Below are positions 22,705 to 34,566 of a stretch of 64,000 bases of DNA, one piece after another. The notes under the pieces are model-generated. The model saw nothing but the letters and a program-made list of their open reading frames with translations, did no database searches and was not told the origin of the DNA. How positions within the stretch are numbered: the stretch's first letter is position 1; every line of letters begins with the position of its first letter. The translations under genes and the position numbers were made by a program. The stretch spans positions 62,001 to 126,000 of the forward strand of contig NW_019029001.1 in NCBI RefSeq assembly GCF_002105155.1. The letters are read 5' to 3'. This DNA comes from Lobosporangium transversale. Lineage: Eukaryota.

Positions 22705-23373
22705 ATGCCAAAAAACGGTTTTATAACATCTCTGAAGCATACGAAGCACTGAGTGGCAAAGAGAAGTAGGACACTTGTGGTCAATATGGGGAAGAGAGCC
22801 TTGGAGGGGGGGGAGTAGGCCTTGGAAGGCAGATAAATCCCTTGGTGAGTTCGTTAGTGAATTTCCTTGGGGTGGTGGCCACGCTCTCACTTTTACAGCC
22901 AGTGGATATGAAAGCGAGTCTTCCGCCATCTTTTCGGGTCTTTTGATGCTTTCGGTGCAGGTATAGGTAATAGCGACGATATGGACGGTTTTACCGGTGC
23001 TAATAATCCTAGGATAAGGAGAGGTATTGATGGTGGTTATGCTGGGTACACCTATTTATCGATGTGAAGCCAAGGTGGGAACTTGACATCAAGGTTCGTT
23101 TCTCTTGCGAAGGAGATGGAGGGGAAGCAACATCTAATCTACAAGCAATTGGATGATAATTTGGTCATGAAGTTGGGGCTCACTCTGTTAGAAGATCTGT
23201 TTGGGTCCTCGAAACTAGCACCTGGTGACATTACTGTAGTACAGTCTGGACAAGGAGGGTGCTTCCTTGATGAAGAGATACCCATCTCCAAGAAACCAGG
23301 TCAGAAATGTAATCTGATTGTCAAATTCACAATAATTCCCCGTTCAGTTCAAAAGGCCTCAAGAGAATACTGA
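22705..23373 (+). pseudogene. Decayed DnaJ/Hsp40 class B (Sis1-like) pseudogene
   Basis: KKRFYNISEAYEALSGKEK*DTCGQYGEESLGG (J-domain end with an internal stop), then DNLVMKLGLTLLEDLFG..IPISKKPGQKCNLIVKF (C-terminal domain). Frameshifts and stops are present. Confidence 0.75.
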
Positions 23374-23600
23374 AAGCTTTTAATAATAATGTAACCCTTT
23401 GAGTGGCAATTAGGTCAGTATAGTTTATATATACATCCATATACGCTCTCCACCATTGTCGGCATATTTTATTTGTAACGAATTATGATAAATGGCTACA
23501 GAAAGCTCTTTTCCTGCCATTCATGGGTGAAAAGCCGACAAAGGTGTACAGAGAAGTAATAATAGTTACAATATGTAGTAGAAATAATAGTAGTAATAGT

Positions 23601-25574
23601 CTATCTCTTGACAGGGAGTGTGCAGCAGTTTCCAACATTGCATGTTTGCTCACCATTGACACAGAGTAACGCACAGTTGGATTTATCCATAATGTCTTGC
23701 TCTTCTTGAGTCAGAATGAAGTCACCGGTATTGTTGGAAACATCCACAGTAGAAGATGGAGGACTAGCATTGGCCGAGTTTACATCTTGAGCAGGGACAG
23801 AGCCTTTCAGTCTTCCAGGAAGGAAATCATCGCTCTGCGCACCAATTGAATCCGTACGAGTACTATAATTAGTCTGTAACAGACCATCGGCGTCATCTCC
23901 TGACGCAATCCTTCTAAGCTTGAGCCCACTCTTCCTCTTTGCATTGGCAACCATCTGAGAGAGATGTGGGTGCATGCCTGGAAACTCGGGTTGAATAGTA
24001 GTTGAATGGACTCCAGCGCGGTGCATAATCGTCTTGACGGCTCTAGAAACTCGTTCAAAAGCCTCCTGGTTGGTGACCAACACATGCAGGGATGCCACCA
24101 TCTTGATGTTGGTAAGCTGCCAGATATGTAGGTCATGGATTGATATCACATCTGGGATCGCCTTGATTTCTTTTCGGATTTCCTCGATTTCAACACCGAC
24201 TGGAACCCCTTGCATGAGGATAAAGGATGCAGATCGAACCAAGGGAAGAGCAGTATGTACAATAATGGCAACAATCAACAAACTAAAAGTAAAAAGGTAA
24301 GTTACATATCCTATTATGTTCTTCGAAATATTCAGGTCGAGTAGCAGGTATTTATCATGGTGCTTTACCTGATAATTGGATCCATATAGAACCTCCATGA
24401 AAGGTTGGTCTTCCACACGAACATGGCACTAAATATGACACCAACAGAACCTAACGCGTCACCCAAGACGTGTAGGAATATGCCCTGCATGTTAAGGTCT
24501 TGACCTGGTGACTTGCTCTTCTTGCTCTCACTCTGATGAGCCGCGCCATCATGTTTATGGTTGTCTTGGCGGTCTTCTTCATCCATACTGATCACGACAA
24601 TACTAGAAGGATCCTCCTGGATTTCCTTCCCCTTGTCATGACGTTCTTCATCATCAAGCTGCTTCTGAACATCAAGAGCAGCTCGCTGCAGATTCTGGAG
24701 ATTGGCTTCTTTCAGAGGAGAAATCCTCTCCAGGGAGGATTCATAATGGAAATTATGCGGTCGCTTTTCGGATGTATTTTCGGGACACGCGACTTTTTGG
24801 TTGTTTAATGTCTCTCCAGAATTGGGTTTTTCCTCGCCAGAGTCCATTTTGGCCTTTTTCTCGTCATGGACAGCCTTGCTATGACTATGACCATGACTAT
24901 GACCATGACCATGACCATGACCAGAATGCTCATGGAAGAGAAACAATCCAAGGAGATTGCAGGCGAGGCCAATTCCGCCAACAATTAATACAAGTTGAGG
25001 GTTTTCGATGTCTAAAAGAAAGAAAATGGAAGAAGAGAAATGTATTTAATGGGAATGTTTGAAATGGACGTTTAATATATGTTTCTGCTAATGGAAGTGA
25101 AAAAAAATCATTTTCTTTTACCTTCGGGTTTGAAAAATCGCTCTATGGCATCTAAAAAGATTGAAAAACAAAGAGCCAGCAAGAAGACACCATTGTACAG
25201 TGCACCAAGTAGTTCTGCTCTTTGCCATCCGTAGGATAGGGTTGACTGCCATTTAGTCTTTGCAGCCAGCTATGGTATGTCATCATGAATAGCAATTTTG
25301 TTAAAGAAAAACTTTTTTCTGTTAAAAGGATTTTCTAAACACTGTGGAAGCCCGGTGTACATAAAAAGAGCAATACGAGAGAAAAACGACAGCAACATAC
25401 TCGGATGGCGTAAAGAGCAATGATTTGAGAAAGGACATCAGACAACATATGGAAAGCGTCAGCGATCAGGGCCAATGAGCCCGTCTTGTAGCCGACAATA
25501 ATTTCGGTCAAGAACACAACAATATTGAGCCCTAAAAGCACGACAATGCGCTGGGATCGAGATAATAGGGTCAT
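23601..25574 (-). CDS. Cation diffusion facilitator zinc transporter (Zrc1/Cot1/ZnT1-like; 4 exons)
   Basis: Motifs GSLALIADAFHMLSD, SYGWQRAELLGAL, His-rich loop HEHSGHGHGHGHSHGHSH, LNMQGIFLHVLGDALG, IHDLHIWQL and GVHSTTIQPE. Confidence 0.93.
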
Positions 25575-27468
25575 TGGAGGTAAAAGCAAAGGTGCAATAA
25601 CAGTACAGAATAGATGTTGCAGGTGCGACAAAAAGAGAATGAGACAAAGGTGGACACAATGCAATGCAATGCAATGCAATGTCAATGAAGAAAAAAAAAT
25701 GATGTGCTGAAAGAACAGAGCAGTCAACAGATAGGAATAGGCGCAGAATGGTTGGGTAATAAGGTGATGAGAGAGAGAAGAAGAGGAAATGAGGAGCAGA
25801 TGAGTTCCTCTCACCCCTCCTCTTCCTCCCTGAGCTGCTTTATAGAGACCAGGAAGGGGCATAGCAGTATATAATGGAGGAGATCCTTTGCATACATCGT
25901 TTCCTTTTTCTGTCCATAACCTGTCAAAAAAGAAACTTTATGCAATTTTTTTACTTCTAGGATGACATTTCTGCTTGTAACACAAAGAAAGCTGTCAAGT
26001 GGTTGAAAAAGAGAGAGAAAAAAAATAGCGCATCATTTTGACAGACTTGACAGTTAAACCTTAAATAAAATCGCTCAAACAAAGACATTTTTTTTTTTTG
26101 ACAGGCTTGTCAGCCCAACAATTGGCCCACTTTTAAACTGTCTCTCTATCCTCTCGCACCACATGGCCATACCAATGACATGACAGCATTCAGTAAATAC
26201 CCATAGATGACTCTTTGTTGCCACTTGAGAAGCGAAGGAAGCATTGATCGGATTTAGAAAACGGAAAATGACAAATATCTGTGCCATTAGACACATTGTA
26301 GGATAATAGGCAGGTCTCCGGCCTTTGCAGCTTTCTCGGGCCATTCGGTAAACGAGCGAGACGCCTTTAGAATAATTCGAGGTTACGCCGGTGGGGAACC
26401 GAAAATGAGCTAAGCTACTAAACTATGAAGAAGTAGGCTGGTCCAGGTCTAAATAAATAGTCCATTGATTACTTTGGGGTTTATTCCATTTCCTTAGCTA
26501 TGTACGAAAGATATATTGTCGATTCAAGAGACATAGGGCAGCTCCCTACCAGCCCTCATATACGTACAAAAAAGCTATGATAGCCGATCTCCTAGAAGGG
26601 ACAATGCAAGGAGCCTTGGTGAAAATAGATGCAGTGCCCTCAGTAAAAAATATCCCTTTTCTTGAATGGATCGTCAAGAGAAGATACTTTGATGGGTGTG
26701 TAGAACCTTTCACCCCCATAGACTATCGGCGCAAAAGAGGGAGTTCTCTTATACTGCCTCGCTAGTAGGTGAGCACACCATGCATAGCCATGTCCTTCTC
26801 CGTGTGCACACTTCTTATCCTTTTGATCATATTATTTGAGCTTAAACTGCCAAAAACATGTTTTAAAGGGCTGAGATCCGCTTATTATTAAGGGTCGAAG
26901 CCTAATGCCGACTCTGCCTGGTACCTTGACCAGCTTACATCTACTTCAAAGTGTGTTGATAGGAAAGTACTAGTAAATATACGGCCGCTCATCGGACATG
27001 CAGACCCACGACCCAATCCAACTTCTTGGAGTTATTAGTTTAGAGAGGGAGCATAGATGACTACCGGATATAGGTTGGTCATGGTAGCATAGCGTCATGG
27101 CTGCATTCTCCTTGACCAGTATCTTAGGCAGTCGCGATTTATCCTACGTCCAAAAATCTCGTGCTTAAACAGGAAGCCTTTGTCTTGGAGAAATCCAGGA
27201 ACCAGAGGCCCCTGAGACAAACACAGCAACACGAAGAAATTGGTGTGGCATCAATTTACGCAAGAACAGGCACGTAACCCTTGAGTCATCCGACATGAGC
27301 AACCAAAGAAAGTAAGTACAAGCGCTTTGTCACATGACATGGTTGGATCAATTCTTTGGAGTGGCTGGTTCTGATTGGCACGCGTTATAACTTATGGGAG
27401 AGTGAGGAAAGCACATCTCATCACCATTTCTTCTTCTCATCCGTCATTCCTCTTCGAACACATTAACT

Positions 27469-29608
27469 ATGGCTGGGTGTAAGTTATAATATACTTGCTT
27501 TCTGCACAAGATATTTCAGTATCGTATGTCTAGTACAGCCATTTATTCCTACAATCATATTGGAGGACAAAGGAAATGCTGATCGGATCAACTTCAACCT
27601 CAACCTGGAACCGATTTTTACGCGGAGGATACTGTCTTCAATAAAGCATTAAGTGTCCTGGCTTACTAAAGATGATGTACCAAGAATGCTGGATAAGCGC
27701 TCCGTAACGGAATGAACTGCAGAGATGCTATCAACGGGAACACGTCTCGGTATCCAGTCTTTGTTATTGTAAAACGTTACTCTAATCCATATGCGTCCTA
27801 CCCAATATATATGGGATTGAATTCGATAGTTCGCTTTCTACACTTGATTAGGCCATTTATGGCTGTACTGCCAGAGATCGCTGCTCCAGAGCGCAAGGTA
27901 CTGAGGTGCTACAAAAAAACATGGTGACTTTCAGTAACCCTTCTATTTGTGAAATAAATGTTGATGAGGCCAGGGAGCCCTTGTATATTAATAGATGTGG
28001 AGTAAGGAGAAAAGTGAAGAACATAACAATATATTGACTCCCACGCTCCTATTTTACCATCTATCTTATTATCAAATCCGCATTGTGTATTATCCGTCTT
28101 ATTCATCTCGCTCATATTCATCGTCTCCCCTGGGAATTTTGGAATATTTAGGTCCCATTTAGACAGAAGGTTCTTTGGACAGCTGTTACTCTCTTCATCT
28201 TCTTGGTATGCTCCCAAGTTCCTTTATATGGCATTATGTCATCAGATTCATCAGATCCTCTGTACTGGATGCGTGCTATTCTCGCATCCAATCGTGGAAC
28301 TCTGATGGAACTTGGCATCACTCCTATTGTCACATCAGGCATGTTCATGCAGTTGCTGGCCGGCGCTAACTTGATTGAAGTCGACTACAGTCTCAAGGAG
28401 GATCGCTCTCTCTTCAATGGCGCTCAGAAATGTATGTCTTAGAATCCTTATTGTATAGCTGCTCTGCTGTTTTGAGTGTAGTCTTTTGTGAAGATGTTGC
28501 CTAATTAATATTGTTTTGTTTGTTTGTTTATTTTTCAGTGTTTGCAATGTTGATTGCTTTTGGCCAGGCCACTGTCTCGGTGATGAATGGATTGTACGGA
28601 CCTCCTTCGGAGTTGGGAGCCGGTATCTGCCTGCTTTTGATCCTCCAACTTGTTGTTGCTGGAGTGATTGTTGTTCTTCTGGATGAGCTCTTGCAAAAGG
28701 GCTATGGTTTGGGCTCAGGTATCTCGCTTTTCATCGCCACCAATGTTTGCGAGACCATTCTCTGGAAGGCTCTTAGTCCTACCACTTATAATGTCGGTAA
28801 TGGTCCAGAGTTTGAGGGTGCTTTGATTGCTCTTTTCCATTTGCTGTTCATTCGCTCTAACAAGTCCCGTGCTCTCAAGGAAGCTTTCTACCGCGATAAC
28901 TTACCCAATGTTATGAACCTATTGGCTACCCTACTCATCTTTGGAATTGTCATATACCTTCAAGGCTTCCGTGTCGAGATCCCTGTCAAGTCCTCCCGCT
29001 TCCGTGGACAGCGTGGAACCTACCCCATCAAATTGTTCTACACATCTAACATGCCCATTATGTTGCAGTCAGCCTTGACCTCCAACATGTTTATGATTTC
29101 TCAAATGGTTTACAATCGCTTCCCCGAAAACATCCTTGTCCGCATTTTCGGCACATGGTCTCCTTACCAAGGTACTAGCCAGATGATTGCCTCAGGAGGA
29201 CTCGCCTATTACATGTCTCCTCCTCACAGTATCACTGAAGCTCTTTTGGACCCTATCCATACGGTCGTTTATGTCACTTTCATGTTGACTGCCTGTGCCC
29301 TCTTGTCCAAGACCTGGATTGAGGTCTCTGGTTCATCTGCTCGTGATGTCGCCAAACAACTCAAGGACCAAGGTATGGTCATGGCTGGTCATCGTGATGC
29401 CTCAATGTACAAGGAGTTGAAGCGTGTCATTCCTACTGCTGCTGCCTTTGGAGGCGCCGTTTTGGGCGCTGTCTCTGTCTTTGCTGACTTGATTGGTGCC
29501 ATTGGATCTGGAACGGGTATTTTGCTTTGTACCACCATTATCTACCAGTATTGGGAAATGTTTGTTAAGGAGAGCATCGAGAATTCTGGTGATGCTCTTG
29601 CTTTTTAA
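27469..29608 (+). CDS. SEC61: Protein transport protein Sec61 subunit alpha (4 exons)
   Basis: ATG GCT GGG T|gtaagt first exon. [73 protein letters not shown]. Confidence 0.97.
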
Positions 29609-29690
29609 ACGATCAAAAGAAGTATGATGAAAATGATGGCGATTAATTAGACGCTTTAGTCGATTTTATACTGCTGTTTTTACCTTTGTC

Positions 29691-29723
<33 letters not shown>

Positions 29724-30057
29724 CTTTTTTTTCTTTTTTGTATATACTCACCTCCAAACCAATGTAAAATTTCATTACAAAACATTGAATGCACAAAAAA
29801 AAAGACAGTTTAGATGAACTATCGAGCACTTTGCTGTCTTGATGGTGACATTCTTGTCGAAAAATGCTAAAACAAAAGAAGGCACTGCAGAAGTAATGAC
29901 AGTATGGGGATTGGAGATCTTGTTATTCGGGAGTGTTAAACTAAATATATGAAGGGAGCTACAGGTGCAAGGGTGCACCAGAATAAGAGGGCTGTAATTG
30001 ATAAAGTAAATTCAGGGTTGAGCTTTGACGCGAAAAAAAAAAAAAAAAAAAAAAAAC

Positions 30058-31320
30058 ATTTGTTATATTTGTACACAAAAAAAGTATAACCATACACACA
30101 AACAGTGGTTTGATATTCAATTGAAATGACGGCCATTTGACCCCGGAACACTATATTTGACATAGTTTTATTGACACAGACACGCTTACAAAAAATATAA
30201 TCACCTCTTCTTGGTTGCATTCATTTCAAGCATCTCGTCGACGTGCTCAAAATGACTCCTATTTCTTTTGGTATTTAGTTTACGCCTTCCTCTAGTGGCA
30301 ACAGTTAAAGGGGATTGAATTGGCCCCATTAGTGTCAGCTTTGCTCGAATGGCTTCCAGGTACTCGAACTGCTCCGCGACAGGGATTTTGCTCACATTCT
30401 CAAATATCTTATTGATTGCTGCATGAAGGGGATCGTCTTTTGGGTCCTTGCTTTGTTCGATATCTGGTCGTAGATGCCAATGTTTATCTACATCCCCTAG
30501 CTGAAGAGGGGCATTGCGCTTCTTGATCTCATGGGCGCATGGCAATCCATATACCATTCGATTATATTTGCGGCATGGCTCTAGGGGCTCCTTTCTGTTA
30601 GCCCTGTCGTACTGCTCTTTGATTTTCTTAAGAGCAAAGTGGCTAACTTTACGCGGATGAAAAAAGGGCAATCATGAAGCTTCGAGCCTACATTCTGACG
30701 GATGACACCTTTACCATCAGCAGTGAGGTTGGTTCGGTACTTGCCACCATAAGCACATGCCAAATTCATGAACTTGACTGAGCTAGAGCGAATCTTGAGG
30801 GCAAATCTGTGTGCCAAGGCGATTTGCATGTAATAATCCTTTGCCTCAATCAAGGTCTCGAATTCTCTGTCTAACTTATCTTTTAATATATCTGACATGT
30901 CGATTTCGACAGCTTTCAAAGATTGACTGTCATTATCTTCTATAACACCTTCGGGGTCAGCAACAGACTCCTCATGATTAGAGTCAATAGTTGCAAGATC
31001 ATCTGGATCGGGGGGCGCAGTAGCACTCAGCAGATTGAAGCCGAGATCCGACACTGTTAGGTCATCGCTCAATATGCTGGTGGTGTCTAGGTCTGGCATA
31101 GCTACAATTAATATTATTGAGGTTGAAGAAGAAGGAATATGTGGGATACACGATGTATGCGATGTGAGCAAGGAAAAAAAAGTAAAGCGTAGGTAGGCTA
31201 ATTAATTTTATTCTTTTAAAGGCAATCTTCGTCAATTGAGGTGTCCGACCGCAGCCTCAAGCCACTACTACCCCTTAACATGTGTACAGTTATACTTTTT
31301 TTGTGTACATATATCAAAAT
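30058..31320 (-). mobile_element. Internally deleted Mutator/FAR1-type transposase remnant with ~33-bp inverted repeats
   Basis: ORF 31171-30581 has a FAR1-like domain (FETLIEAKDYY..A..HRFALKIRSS..LACAYGGKY..SKLHDCPFFI). It is frameshifted onto a SWIM-like CRKYNRMVYGLPCAH segment and no DDE domain is visible. Inverted repeat at 30058-30090 / 31288-31320 (TGTACACAAAAAAAGTATAAC). Confidence 0.7.
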
Positions 31321-31422
31321 TCAAAAAAAAAAGGTAATCAGGTTAAGGGTTGGATTTGAAACATTAATGATTAAATGAAGTCAGGAAACTGATCCCCATC
31401 ATCAACTTTTTGGAATCACATA

Positions 31423-33087
31423 ATGGCCACAGCATCAGTACCATTTGAACAGCGTTTTGTGAGGCGAGCTCGAGCATTCGATTCTCATCAAGGGATTCAC
31501 CACGGTGATCCACAGGAACAGCAACAGCAACAAAACATACAACAGTACGAACTGCTACAGGAACAAGCTTCAAACCAGCAGCACCAGGAGCAATCGCAAA
31601 ACTTGCCACAGGCTCAACAACAAACAAATCAGACACAGTCTCAGTCTGAATCCCTTCCCCCTCTTTCTTCAATTTCAGCTTCTTCAAGCTCTGTGGACCC
31701 ATCAGTATCAAGTACAAATTTAGCTCCAACTACTGACAATCATGGTCCCTCTGGGGGTTCCACTCGAGGTTATGGTCACAACTTTTCAAAGGAAGAGGAG
31801 ACATATCTTGCTGTACAACTTGCAGACCCAAAAAATGCAAGTGTCTTGAACGGTCCACCTGAGAGGCATACTGGGGACAAGCGAAAGCCTGAAATACGCG
31901 AAAAGATCCTTAAAGCATTCAATGAAGCGTTCTCTACGGCAGATAAACCAATGAGGGTGTTGGACTGGCAACTCAAGAATAAGATCATGAACATGAGGAG
32001 GCTATGGAATGAAGTACATCGTGTCGTTATCTCTGCTCATTCACCCTCTTCCGAATCATTTAAAGAAAAAATTATTCAGAAATGTCACTTTTACTATATC
32101 ATGGAAGATACCTGGTCCAAACCGATTCTAGGCGTGAATCGTAAAGGCACCAAAAATAACAAGACCAATGAGATACTCCAGCCACGAGCATCGTACTACC
32201 GTAGCAACGAAAATAATGCTCAGAACAACCAAACTAGCCCCCAGAACAACCAAACTAACTTCCAAAACAAAAAGACTAGTACTCAAAGCAATCAAATTGG
32301 CGCTAGAAATAATAGGGTCAGCAGCCAGAGCAGAGTTAGTAGCCAGAACACTAGGGCTGGGAATCGGGATAACGGAACTAGTAGTCAGAGCAATGAAAAT
32401 AACGTGCTGAATAACAGACCTAGCAGCCAGAGTAATGAAGCCAGCGTTCAGAGTAGTGGATTCAGCAGTCAGGATATTCAAAGTAATGCATATTGGGCCC
32501 AGAACAAGGAAGAAATGGCCCATGATAACGGAGCAAACGCCCAAGGTGATGAAGAAAGCGTCCAAGGTGATAAAGAAAGAGCCCCAGATAACGGAGCAAA
32601 GGCCCAGGATAGTAAAGAAAGAGCCCAAGATAATGAGACAAGAACCCAAGACAACGATACAAGAGCCCAGGACAATGGCACGAGACTCCAGGATAATGAT
32701 GGCGAAGCTTCTGAAGAGAGCCAGGAGAGTGATAGAGAGGCTTCTCGCCAGAATACTTCCCGAGGGCTCGCTCAACTGAATCGTGCCTCGAAGAGACGAA
32801 GGGAGGATTTCAATGAGGCATTTAGGGCTGCGAAACTAGAGCTGAAGCAGAAGAAGATCGAAGCGGATATTGAGAATCGTCGAGCGAAGACGGCTGCCAA
32901 GATTGAGCGAAAAAAAATAAAGGCTCAAGCAGATAGTGATGAAAAGAAAGCACGGACGAAAGCGATGCTGATGAGACTGGAAACTATTTTGAAGAGGACA
33001 GAAATTGATCGTCTGATGGCTTTAGCAGACCTGGAAAGTCATCAGCAACAGAAGGAGAAAGACGAGTTCTGTCCGGAATTAATATGA
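31423..33087 (+). CDS. Intronless Myb/SANT-like (trihelix) DNA-binding protein with low-complexity repeats and a C-terminal coiled coil; possibly Harbinger-derived
   Basis: NFSKEEETYLAVQL..IREKILKAFN..WQLKNKIMNMRRLW..KIIQKCHFYYIMEDTW. 554-aa open frame. Confidence 0.65.
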   Translation: MATASVPFEQRFVRRARAFDSHQGIHHGDPQEQQQQQNIQQYELLQEQASNQQHQEQSQNLPQAQQQTNQTQSQSESLPPLSSISASSSSVDPSVSSTNLAPTTDNHGPSGGSTRGYGHNFSKEEETYLAVQLADPKNASVLNGPPERHTGDKRKPEIREKILKAFNEAFSTADKPMRVLDWQLKNKIMNMRRLWNEVHRVVISAHSPSSESFKEKIIQKCHFYYIMEDTWSKPILGVNRKGTKNNKTNEILQPRASYYRSNENNAQNNQTSPQNNQTNFQNKKTSTQSNQIGARNNRVSSQSRVSSQNTRAGNRDNGTSSQSNENNVLNNRPSSQSNEASVQSSGFSSQDIQSNAYWAQNKEEMAHDNGANAQGDEESVQGDKERAPDNGAKAQDSKERAQDNETRTQDNDTRAQDNGTRLQDNDGEASEESQESDREASRQNTSRGLAQLNRASKRRREDFNEAFRAAKLELKQKKIEADIENRRAKTAAKIERKKIKAQADSDEKKARTKAMLMRLETILKRTEIDRLMALADLESHQQQKEKDEFCPELI

Positions 33088-34566
33088 AGGATCCATCGTA
33101 GAATAGATCTTACACTATTGTTATCATCATCCTCGCCAGCTTCATCGCTCATACAGCTGTACATCACAAATAAGTAGGTAAATAAACAAAGAACCGATGC
33201 TCTACATCCGCGAGATGTACGAAGCTATTTTAAAGAAAAACTGTCTGTGACGTCTCTCATCGCACGAATGTGGTTATGGATCCAAAAGCTGGTGAAAAAT
33301 ATGAGTGTAACCGTTTCGTTCATGGGTCTCCAGCAATGAAGTCTCTTTACATTCCAAGAAGGTGGCAGAGTACTGTTTCAGGGCGTGATGCTCCGAGACA
33401 GTGATCAACAAATGGTATGACCGTCTTAAGGTATTAATGGATTAGATTCACACCAGGGCTATGAAATCATTGATATGACCTAATGCTATTTCCCATTTTT
33501 GGCGATATCTACTTTACTTAGGACTGAATACCGCCCACAGCATACGGATGTAGGCCGGAGGTCTGTATCAGAGAAGAGGGGAAGGAGAAGGAGAATGAAA
33601 AGGAGGAGGAGAAAGGGGAGGAAGAGAAGAGGTAGGAGAAGGGAAAAGGAGTAGAAGAGGAAGTCAGATTCAAACCACCATTTTCATTGATGTGTTGGAT
33701 GACTGAGGAAATAGATATGGATCCAATGCTGGTAAAAATATTTTGAAAACAATCCGCAGAATAGTCATAGTGAAACTACCTTGCCTTGAACCCTTGTACG
33801 ACGGAGTTGAGTGTGATAAAAACGAGTACATACGTTTTTTTTGTACGTATTTCTGTTCTTCCTTTCCTTGATGATCATCGGGACAAGACCCAAAGGACGC
33901 ACACACGCACGCACATTCGTAGGTTTGTAGATGTCTGATGACCAACAGCATCATTACAATATGTTACATGATATACTGGAATGTCACTTAATTGCTGCGG
34001 AGTACACGGGTGTTAATTGGATGGCTCGTCCATTTCGCAATCATCCCAACTCTGTATACCGTTCTGGTTGAGGTTTGAGCCAGCCTATGTGGGTATCATA
34101 AAAAAATCAATCAATCATGAAGGACTTTACCCAGAGGTACTCCTTCAGGCTCAACTTCATTCATGTTATTTGCTGTTGATATTGGCTCACTCATTTCATC
34201 ATAATCATTCGCTCTTTTCTCTGACTTTTTTTTCATCTCTCAATATATACAAATAAAGTGGCGTGTGTGCTTGCAAAAATAGACGAATTTTAAAAACACA
34301 ATTCAATATGAAAAATGAATTAGTTGCGTGTTGATTGTATCATAAATATTTTATCTCTTATCTTTTTACCTTTTGTTATTTTATCATTTATCATTTATCA
34401 TTTGCATTAGCATTTCTCATTCATTTTCGTTTTATTCATTTTCAATCCCATGCATGCATTGCTACAACCCTTTCTTTAAGCTCCATTCTATTCTTTTCAT
34501 TTTTCCCTCCATCCCTTTTAGACTTATTGACGACACACACTCTCTTTCTCTCTACCTCTCTTCACT

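Noticed and set aside
33090..33560. Possible Harbinger DDE transposase remnant downstream of the Myb-like gene
   Set aside because: Manual reading of the minus strand gave no recognisable transposase motifs.
33575..33665. Purine-rich (GA) low-complexity tract
   Set aside because: Simple sequence with no further structure.
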